This document shows, piece by piece, positions 10,901 to 18,580 of a DNA stretch of 64,000 nucleotides. Each line of letters begins with the position of its first letter. Within the stretch, counting starts at the first letter, position 1. A model generated the notes under the pieces. That model was not told the DNA's origin, ran no database searches, and worked only from the letters and a program-made list of their open reading frames with translations. A program made the translations under genes and the position numbers. The stretch is from the NCBI GenBank assembly GCA_019828565.1, contig JAHDYR010000013.1, positions 277,556-341,555 of the forward strand. The letters are read 5' to 3'. The DNA comes from Carpediemonas membranifera BICM. Its lineage: Eukaryota > Protista > Fornicata.

Positions 10901-12088
10901 GCCAATAAGGATTTTCTCGCGGTCCCCACTGAGGATTGCGAACTTCGCCTTAAACCGCGTTGGGGCTCCCGCCAGCGTGAGGTGTAACCAAGCCTCAGTA
11001 TAGTGGTTAGTTGTCGAAATGGAACCGTTCGCCATTCTGAAGCGGAGGGTCGGGCCGGTCACTGTCTGTAGGCCAAGGGCCTCTGCTGACGCAGCGGAGA
11101 TGATAGATTTTGGTGCTCCAGTGTCAATAATAAAGGAATACTCTTGGTCGTTTATACGACCAGACACTTTGAGTGGCTCATCGGGGTCCGTGTCCAGGAG
11201 ATTAGCCTCGATTGGCTCCTTCTTCTTCGGGTTGGACCGGAGGCCGCCTCCTTCTTGGCGAGAGCGCATTGGGGCCCCATTGGGGCACTGATTATCCCAA
11301 TGCCATCCGCCGCACTTGCCACAGGCACGATGGGGAGGCTTCAAAGCTGGGTTGACGTCGTTCGGCTTGAGAGTGGAAGACTTCTCCGGGACCCCTGAGG
11401 CAACTGCGCCCGGGACCGGGAGGCGAGGCGGTTGGCCTCCTGCGGCCGTTCCTTTCTTTCGGGTGGAGGACTTTCCGGCCTGGTAGTGACCAAAGCGAAT
11501 GGCCTTAGCCCGAGCGTCGTCATCTTCTTGAGCGAGGGCAATGCTCAGCTCGTATGCATCGGCAAGTGACTTCCTCTTAGGATGCTCCTTGAGTTCAAAG
11601 TCCAGGACCTTGCGGAAAGTGGATGGGCGGATCCCCTGAAGGAAGATCTTACGCGCGTTCTTCTCAAAGGGGGAAATGTCTTCTTCGTCCTCTTCTTGTT
11701 CCTCTTCGTCCTCGTCCGAGTCGGACTCTTCGATGTCTTCGGCCTTAGAGAAAACTGCTGAGAACGCGCTGACGTACGCGCGAATGGAGGTGATTCTTTT
11801 TTCAGATACCTGGCAGGTGACGGCCTCGAGCTCTTTGACAAGGGACAATTTGTCCACCGGAGCAAGGAACTTGCTGACGTATTCGTCAATCTTGTCGTCA
11901 TTTGCCTTCGCCAGGTCTACGTTGAGAGTGTCCTCAATGATGTCCTGCAGGTCATTGGGGAGGAGGACAGCCAGCTTGGCGGCGGGATACAACGCCTTGA
12001 TTCGGGCGGCATCCCTCTTAAATGAGCGCCAGGTTTCGCTAGTCAATGTCTCAACGCTCAGAGTCGGCAGAGAAATATTACCGAACAT
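7982..12088 (-). CDS. Gypsy-1 Gag-Pol polyprotein (Gag-ZnK-PR-RT-RH-IN-chromo)
   Basis: CGKCGGWHWDNQC, IDTGA, YIDD, TDAS, HHCC, DT/DGG/E integrase triad, KVHWLGY chromodomain. One intact ORF; first ATG after the LTR is at 12088. Confidence 0.97.
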   Translation of the reverse strand: MFGNISLPTLSVETLTSETWRSFKRDAARIKALYPAAKLAVLLPNDLQDIIEDTLNVDLAKANDDKIDEYVSKFLAPVDKLSLVKELEAVTCQVSEKRITSIRAYVSAFSAVFSKAEDIEESDSDEDEEEQEEDEEDISPFEKNARKIFLQGIRPSTFRKVLDFELKEHPKRKSLADAYELSIALAQEDDDARAKAIRFGHYQAGKSSTRKKGTAAGGQPPRLPVPGAVASGVPEKSSTLKPNDVNPALKPPHRACGKCGGWHWDNQCPNGAPMRSRQEGGGLRSNPKKKEPIEANLLDTDPDEPLKVSGRINDQEYSFIIDTGAPKSIISAASAEALGLQTVTGPTLRFRMANGSISTTNHYTEAWLHLTLAGAPTRFKAKFAILSGDREKILIGTDILRVLGLLTKDSLFLQLVAENLSKEDGDDIPLSLNQLDVSEDVGAVEIPESASATLRSEVRALLAEYSTLFGPIPAQGAKVEPMRIRLNDPDALVQERARRLSGERRLQVREKVTRLRHLGITRNSVGPFSSPIVVVDKKNGAIRLCVDYTKLNTPTIRDHFPLPDLKTFVQEAAGAQFFASLDLTSGYHQMPLLEEDRAMTAFVTPDDYEEFNRVPFGLTNAPSYFQRTMQSILAPVLHRGVLVYIDDILIYAQSEEELIARLEQTFQLLTKYDLRLSPAKCVIGAEELDIVGFHLSREGKSIDKRRIEALTSIEAPSNVSGVRTLLGMFNYVIDFIPAAADLVDPLYELIRNAGEPFVWGPRQEEALVALREAVAQETVLAQPDPSLPWDVYTDASDRGLGAVITQGEGANRRLVAFVSKLFNATQRRWATYDKELYAILHTLTRPDLSPLLKMVNSLTIHTDHRNIVYLMRRSLVSPKVMRWRIALQEFNFNIAHISGEHNVVADALSRLESSTKTVNSAEIVPSEEEKLRILQDLHEGANGHPKAVRLTTLAMEAGHVWPDVSALAKRVVKQCLTCQKLRAHKRTPPAKNSTHRYTPFECVQVDTLSLGASGEYKGVLVFTDVFTKYVVLKPVRSTTAAETAQAMLEVWALFGKPALLQTDGGPEFRNQVDAEVNRILSLKHRYSTPHHPASNGILERTNGKVLRLLRGLLFDSQDYDWVPFLPLVQYIINTRPTRATGQAPLRLVTGNSGSDSEQFSVAQYERAWALFKEMSAGQADCLKAFRDALNTRRLQAKAHLQRYSERNKSGEDSDTPPSFPDGSFALLRYVGRAPKLLTSLRGPMKVVRAGESPATHVVRDLVSLAEVLVSDERLIPVETPEDEQALIARLAAECGEYVVDNVYKHRVSNKGSKVEFKVHWLGYEPSEDSWISFTRDTDQLEALDQYLRENPALEPTLARIRRRWQARS

Positions 12089-12108
12089 GTAGCCACTAGT
12101 GAATTCAC

Positions 12109-12223
12109 TGTTGTAACGATGCGCTAATTTATTTCGACACACTGGTGTCGTCTCGGACCAAGTAGGACCAAGACGACACCCATAAAATATATAATATATA
12201 AATATTAATACGGTATTGCGACA
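12109..12223 (-). repeat. Gypsy-1 5' LTR, followed by palindrome AGTGAATTCACT (12098-12109)
   Basis: Direct repeat with the 3' LTR; no TGG tRNA-type PBS adjacent. Confidence 0.95.
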
Positions 12224-12592
12224 TCTTTCCTGAACTGCGACGATTTGATCGGAATCAATTCGATCAGATTAACCTCGACCGCTCAGCCGAAGCGTGGGCG
12301 TGGCGCTCCGCTCACCTACCCGACTGTTAGTCGACTACAGTCGAAGTCTCCAATTGATCTAATCAAATTTATACTCCTGGATCAGGCTGAGCGTCTTGCT
12401 CGTCGTCAGCCATTTCCAGGGATGTGCCGAACAGGGGAGGTTTTTTCCCCCTTGGTTAAATTGGCTTAAACGTCCCAGGTCACCAGCCGAATAGTTTCCC
12501 CGAATCTAGAAGATTCTCCCGAATCTTTTGGGTTTGGGTCCGGGTGATCGGCACCCCACGCGGACCCTTGTGGACCGCGCCCCAAGGCGTAC
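12224..12592 (-). mobile_element. 5' region of DIRS-like element B gag (leader, candidate exon 1 at 12375-12413, candidate intron 12230-12374)
   Basis: Colinear with 17589-17975 of element A, including a 45/46-nt identical block and CGCCCCRAGGCGTAC. Confidence 0.65.
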
Positions 12593-12838
12593 CGAGTTCT
12601 ATAGACCCTATATGGTCATCAGCCCCTCCTCTTCTGACGTTAGTGACGCATCACCTGATTAAAACGAATTCTCGAATACCCGTCGTTTACGCCACATTAG
12701 TTTTTCCAACATGACCTTGACTTTGCAACTGGGCATAATGGTTCTTTGGTCTCTGTCTTCGCTTCTGTTCTTATGTTTAACACTCATTTGTACACATTGT
12801 GCTCTTCTTATCTTCTGTATCTTCTATCTACAGTTAGC

Positions 12839-13882
12839 TCAGCTCCATGCGCTTCTGGACAGTCGTATTGCTTCACTGATGTATGTTTGTACTGAGTCTT
12901 GCGCCCGCCATCCCCCCAAGGCTTGCACCACTTCCATTGGAGTTCCAGATTCAACCAGATGTACTGCGGCGCCGCGGCGGAAGGAATGCCCGGTGGCCTT
13001 GAATACTTCCTCGAGGTCCATCATCATTTCGAATCGCGCCCACGGCTCCAGTGCCCCCTTCAACGCAGACCGGCTCTCTCGTAGTGTTGCCTGGCTATGG
13101 GTGTACGAACGCCACAAGGGGCCTTCATCTGGTAGGTTACTCATGTGCTTGGCGAGCCACCAGGCTGGTGACCGCAGCTGGTCGTCGGCTGAGGGAACCA
13201 ACTTCAGCGTCGCTTCATCCCTTGTCTTTGTGTGTCGTATCGTAATCTCCAGCGCGCCGTCTGCTCCGCCGTGCCTCACATCCTCTGGCTTGAGTGCCCG
13301 GATCTCGCCTGCTCGCGACACTGTCGCAAACGTCACCAGGCCAAAGGCAATTGCCTGAGTGAGGGGCGGGGTCGCGTATGCCCCGGCTGACCTAGCCGCA
13401 GCCTCCAGCGTCTCACGCCTGATTGGCCAAGCCTTCCCAGTCTTACGTCTGGGCGTTAGCTCGCATCGGCCTGCTAGCCTCGCACCTGCCCTGGTCAGGG
13501 CCCGATGCAACCTTGTCGTCTCAGCGCTCTCGCCCAGTGCCTCCAGTCCCATCCTGATGTTCGCCTCCTTCGTGATGAATGTGTCTCTGGCGACGAAGGG
13601 GATTTCGGAAAATAGATACAACATCAGTGTGTCTGCCGGCTCAATGGCGTCAAGGAGCTCGGCGAACTCGTGCAACCACTCGCGGTCTGTGAGTTCCTGC
13701 CTTGCTCGGTCCAGCGTCGCCTGTGCCGTGTCCCTGGCCGTCGGGGCAGTCAGACAGGCTGACGATCCGGTAGACTCCGTCCATTCCCACAGGGAACCAG
13801 TCGCCGCCCAAGCGATTGCAGCCGATCGGTGCACTTTAAGACACTCTCGATGTCTTTCATGCAAGCTGTGCCCCGGCTGCAA
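12839..13882 (-). CDS. DIRS-type tyrosine recombinase (second YR, start uncertain)
   Basis: SRAGE, HTKT, HSFRRG, GGW, TYI: complete R-K-H-R-W-Y set. Confidence 0.92.
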   Translation of the reverse strand: MQPGHSLHERHRECLKVHRSAAIAWAATGSLWEWTESTGSSACLTAPTARDTAQATLDRARQELTDREWLHEFAELLDAIEPADTLMLYLFSEIPFVARDTFITKEANIRMGLEALGESAETTRLHRALTRAGARLAGRCELTPRRKTGKAWPIRRETLEAAARSAGAYATPPLTQAIAFGLVTFATVSRAGEIRALKPEDVRHGGADGALEITIRHTKTRDEATLKLVPSADDQLRSPAWWLAKHMSNLPDEGPLWRSYTHSQATLRESRSALKGALEPWARFEMMMDLEEVFKATGHSFRRGAAVHLVESGTPMEVVQALGGWRAQDSVQTYISEAIRLSRSAWS

Positions 13883-14150
13883 TTCATTGCATATGCCAAC
13901 ACAAAGAGCTCAAAACGAGGTCTATAGCCCTCAACGGCGCTTCGTTGAGGAGTTCTAGCGATTTTTCACTTTTGTTGCGCAATTTCTTCATCTGATGCGC
14001 AATTATTGAACCATCGAGCCTAAAAGAGACTCTAAAGCCTTAACGGCTTCCAAATAGCCAATATCACCTTGTCCATCAAGGTTTATGATTAGCCTCACTA
14101 AGGCCCACAATCATACCCCTCGCAGCCACTCCTCAATGGCTTTGAGGGGC

Positions 14151-15015
14151 TTATCTCTTCTTATCCTTCTCTAATAAGGCTCTGAACGGGGCTACGGACG
14201 TGCTGTAGTCCAGGCGAAGCACGTCTTCCACATAACGGATCAATGAGTTCTGGTCAGCCCATGTGCCCTTCGCCGCAACAACCGGGATAGGGATACCCAT
14301 CAGAACCAGGTCAGCCGCGCTCCCGCGGCGCAGACCGTGCAGCCGAGCCTGCGTGGAGATGATGCCCTTCACCTGGTCCTCAATGACTGAGTAGGGGTGC
14401 GACCAGAGAGGGTCTTCGGCCACCGCGCCTGCATCTATCCTATTGACTAGGACCTCAGATAGCCAGTGAGCCGGGTCTAGCTCCCCGTCGACTCTCGGGA
14501 CGAGCTTCTCAACGACCACTCGCCGGGTCTTAGTGCCGTGGATGGAGATTCTTAGCCCGCGGCGCGCTCTCCGCTCTAACGTCACCAACATGCAGGGCAT
14601 AGATCTCTCCTGGCCTGGAGGTCGTGGCGTAGGTGGTCAGTGCAAAGGCGAAAGCCTCCTTCCAAAGGTCGTCGTCTCGAGACTGAGGGTGGGCAGCCCG
14701 AAGCCTGTCAACCAGAGTGTGCGCGCGAATCGGGAGAGCAGGCCCTCTAAGCTTCCCAAGAGCGTTCCTTGCCTGCTCTTTGATGACTGCGTCGGCGTCC
14801 AGCGGTGGTTCCCATGATGACACCCGGCCGAAGAAGCGACGGATTAGGCTCCACTTCGAGGTGATTGTATCCTTGGTGACCCTCGAGGCTTGGTCCTTGG
14901 CCCATGCTCTTATGACTTCGATGCTGCTAGTGTCAGGTGGAAGGGCACCCCAGAAACCCGAGAACTGTTGGAGCACACCCGCGACGTGGCGCTTGTCTAC
15001 GAATCCACTTAACAT
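14151..15015 (-). CDS. Tyrosine recombinase of element A (one frameshift near 14570-14600)
   Basis: SRPGE | HGTKT, HGLRRG, GTW, RYV spread over two frames. Confidence 0.88.
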
Positions 15016-17134
15016 GTCACCCTCGAGGGAGATGGTGAAGATGTCACTCCCACAAACAGGGCCGCCAATCGGTATGTGCCGTCCGCCTGCAGGGGGGTGA
15101 TCGCTGATAGGTCCGCGTCCTCCGCTTTGACTCTGAAGAACATGCGGTGCGGAGTCAGCTCTCTCAGCGCAACTGCCGTCGGCGATCTGCAGTCGGACAC
15201 TAGCAGGACGAGGCCACTTGGTAGGGATCTCGGCTGTGTGGTCCTAGCAATGTGGAGGTGGCACAGCTTTGCATATACTGCTGATAGGAGCGCGAAGGGT
15301 GTCACTGCTAGCCACCTTCCTGTCGACCAGTCCATGTCTATGAACCTGCTGTCGTCGACCGTCGACGGGCTGTGTTCTACTCGAGCTCCAAGCCACTCGG
15401 AGGGCCAGATCTCTTTCTGCATGGGACCCCACTCGGCTGTGATCCTGTCGATGATCCGACGAGGCGCTGAGAGCGTTTCGGACCTCGACAATGCGTCGGC
15501 TTGGACGTTCAAGTGACCAGAGACGTGAAGGAGCCTTATCCTGATGGCCCTTTCGCTCAGTGTGGGTAGCAGGTCCCGTATGACTGAGTCTACAAACTGC
15601 GGAGCCTTGGTTGAGCCTTGCTTGTTCCACCAGCTGACTGCTGCCACCGAGTCGGAGTAGATGGTGACCTCCGCGTCTGTCAACGGCTCTGCTAGGATCA
15701 GTCTCACTGCTTGTTCCACTGCTCGGAACTCGAGCAATGTGATGTGCTCGTCCACCGGGGCCGGCCTGGTGAAGGTGAAGGGTTGACGGCCCGGGATTGT
15801 GATCACTCCGCCGAGTCCTGAGAGAGAGGCGTCTGTCATCGCTGTGATGTGGAGCGTCGGAGACAGACCCCACAGGTGAAGCAGCTCTTGGAAGGACCTT
15901 ATCGGAGATGGCCGTGATAAGCGGCGCTCCCATTGGATCAGTGCTTCTCTCGCTTCGCCGGATATGAGTGTGCGGTAGCGGTCCTTCAGTTGGGCTCTCT
16001 GGAGGGGTCTGATAGCGGCTCGGCCCTCCGGCCAAATGATGGCTGCAAAGCCGAGATTGCCCAACAACCGCTGCATGCTGTGTGTCGTGGCCCCCGATGC
16101 CAAGGCCTCCCTGACTCGTGAGAGGTACTTCTGCCGCTTGCTGTCCTGCAGAGCGATCCCCCGCCGGCCAGAGTCCATGACGAAGCCAAGGAAGTCGGTC
16201 TGCTGCGTGGGTGAGAGCTGCGATTTCTTCCTGTTGATGACCAGGCCGAGGTTCTCTAGGAGCTGTAGTATGCCGGGCATCGCAGCGGTCAGTGTCTTCT
16301 TGTCCCCGGACAGGAGCCAGTCGTCGAGATAGATGGTCAAGTTGATGCCTGGGAACATCCGTGCTACGATCTGCGCTGCTGTCAGCATCACCCTTTGGAA
16401 GAAGAATGGCGCTGGGCCCCAGCCGAAGGGTAGGACGTTGAAGGCATAGGGTCTCCCGTCGACCACGAAACCCAGCAGCGGGCTGTCCGAGGCCCTGACC
16501 CCCTAACTGGTAGTAGCCCTTGACTAGGTCCAAGCGTGCCATGTAGTCTCCTTCGCGAAGCTGGGCCATCGCTTGCTTGACTCCCTTCAGCCGAAAGGTT
16601 CGATGTTCCGTTGACACTGCGTTCAATGCCCTTAGGTCGTGGATCAGACGCGTCTCTGGTGGCGTCTTCGGCACAGTGAAGATAGGTGAGATCAAGCTGG
16701 GAGACCGGCATGGGCTTGCCGCGCCCAGGCTCAGGAGGGTTTTCAGGTGGTCGCGGAATGCCTTGCGGTCCTTGGCGCGAGTTGGTGGTAGGCGCGGATG
16801 ACGAGGGTGCGCTCTTAGGGATATCGGGACGCCCTCGCGTAGCCACGTAACCACCTCTGATGGCGCGCCCAAGTGCCTCCATAGGCGCCACTGCCTGTTG
16901 ATGCAGGGAAATGGTGGAACTGACGGGGGAGGAGGTGCTGTGGACGGGGGAGGAGGAGGCGTCGGTGACAGGGGAGGAGATTGAGGAGTAGTGGGATTTG
17001 TGGTTGGATGAGGAGTTAGGACCTGTGGACCGGGGCGAGGATTCTTGATGGGTGGTTTCTTTTGACTTAGTTTGAGTTCTTCGTGCCGGCGCGCTTCGGC
17101 TTCTTCCCGTGAAAACCCCGGTTGCCGCCGTCAT
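15009..17134 (-). CDS. RT-RNase H-degenerate adenine methyltransferase ORF of element A (frameshifts near 16870 and 16500)
   Basis: RLIHDLR, LDLVKGYYQ, LPFG, YLDD, TDAS, ADALSR, then WG...DW...TPF resembling the DIRS Dam-like domain; Ser-rich N-terminus overlaps gag. Confidence 0.9.
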
Positions 17135-17811
17135 GTCCGGTGCCGGGCTTGGTGTTCTTCTCGGTCAGGCGGGGGATCTTGGACAGGGTGCGGAGGACGA
17201 GAGTCTCGATCTCCGTCTCGTTCATCTCGTGGCGCTCGGCAAGGGCGGCCATGCCCGCGGTGGAGACAGCAGAGGCGGCTAGGTAGCCGTAGCGGTCCTT
17301 CACCCATAGGACTCGGTGACGGAGGAAGATGCGAGCGAGTACGGCGAAGCCACTGATTCGATTGAACTTGAAGCTGCGGTAGATCTCATCGAGGAACTCC
17401 GCCTCTTCGCGCATAGTGGATGAAGCAGGACGCTTCCAAGTCATGGTGGTCTCTTGCCGAAGCAGATCTACTGTCTCTCGGACGTTGCCGCCGGCAGTAA
17501 ATGCGTCTTGAAGCTGTTGAACGGTGGCTTTGAGCTCTGCGATCTCTTGGGCGGCGTCTCCCATCTGTTTCAGTTCGCTCTTGAACAACTGAACCGCCCT
17601 TATGAGACGCACGATCCCGTCTTTGAGATCGTATCGAATCATCCTCGACCTCTCGCGCCGAAGTTTTGGCTCCGCTGGCCTTGCCAGCGACTTGCAGTCG
17701 ACTACGGTCGAAGTCTCCAATTGATCTAATCAAATTTATACCCGAGATTGATGGGAAACATGCTCTGACCTCCAGGCTCTCCAGTGTCACGGGGGGCTGT
17801 GCGTCGCCCAT
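17067..17811 (-). CDS. gag-like coiled-coil protein of element A (candidate exon 1 at 17770-17811, intron 17589-17769)
   Basis: First ORF of the element; homologous to element B gag; splice model is inferred. Confidence 0.7.
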
Positions 17812-18003
17812 CTTCTCGGAACTACCGGGGAATGGGGTTTTAACCCCTTGGTAAAATTGGTCTGAACTGGACCGTAGATTTGATTCGAATATTTGGTCAA
17901 TATTCGATCTCTCTCGAATATTTGTACCAGATGGCCGGTAGTCCATCTGGGCCTGTACCACGCCCCGAGGCGTACTTACGCATCGCGTCTACGACGGTAT
18001 GCC

Positions 18004-18074
18004 TGCTCTGTAGTGTAGCGGTAGCATAAGAGGCTCATAACCTCTAGGCCTAGGATCGAAACCTAGCGGAGCAA
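18004..18074 (+). tRNA. tRNA-Met(CAT), initiator-type T loop
   Basis: Full cloverleaf: TGCTCTG/CGGAGCA, AGAGG-CTCATAA-CCTCT, CTAGG-ATCGAAA-CCTAG; followed by TTTTT. Confidence 0.93.
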
Positions 18075-18117
18075 CTTTTTACGATGGTAATCGATGGGTA
18101 AGTCAACTGGCAATAGT

Positions 18118-18199
18118 TGCTGCCAGTGGGGTTCGAACCCACGCCCATTACTGGAAAGGGACTTGAATCCTCCGTCTTAGACCACTCGACCATAGCAGC
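18118..18199 (-). tRNA. tRNA-Leu(CAA)
   Basis: GCTGCTA/TGGCAGC acceptor stem, TTCAAGT loop, long variable arm, GTGGG-TTCGAAC-CCCAC; no T-run directly downstream. Confidence 0.9.
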
Positions 18200-18324
18200 G
18201 TTTGGCAAGGCCTTTGCTTTCTCTGTATTCTCTGTGGCCCTGGTTCTCTGCTTGGATCGGCTCTGGGTGCCTCTCTGGTGCTCGTATTCTTGGCTCTACT
18301 CTTGTGGTCGGCATCGACTCCTTA

Positions 18325-18537
18325 CTACCGGGATACGCGGGGCTTACCCCTCGCTGATCCCAGGAGTGGGGCGTCTCTGTTGCACTGCGGAGTGGGTCTC
18401 TGCTTACCCCCTGGGGGTCTAGGGCCTGTTCTTGGGCTCACCCCTTCTCTTACTCTCTTGCTTGCTCTGCTTATACTGCTGGCACTGCCCCCTTCTACCG
18501 GGATACGCGAGGCTTTCCCTCATTGATCCCAGGAGTT
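18325..18537 (-). repeat. Two imperfect ~43-bp copies of a stem-loop in the LINE 3' UTR (18325-18368, 18495-18537)
   Basis: CTACCGGGATACGCG.GGCTT.CCC...TGATCCCAGGAGT twice. Confidence 0.8.
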
Positions 18538-18580
18538 TGGTGTGGCGCCTTAGGTCTGCTTGTGTTCTCTGTGTCTCTGC

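Larger units (their letters stand above)
7286..12223 (-). mobile_element. Gypsy-1: full-length chromodomain Ty3/Gypsy LTR retrotransposon
   Basis: LTRs 12109-12223 (115 bp) and 7286-7391 (106 bp), TG...CA. 4-bp TSD TCTT at 7282-7285 and 12224-12227. PPT GGGGGGGGAGGGGTAG at 7392-7407. Confidence 0.95.
14000..17980 (-). mobile_element. DIRS-like tyrosine-recombinase retrotransposon A (gag, RT-RH-MT, YR); ends approximate
   Basis: Gene order and motifs; no ITR, ICR or split direct repeats found by eye. Confidence 0.85.

Noticed and set aside
13900-18000. DIRS inverted terminal repeats/ICR or Ngaro/PAT split direct repeats
   Set aside because: Only local hairpins found (13929-13950, 14116-14149); no matching terminal pairs by eye.
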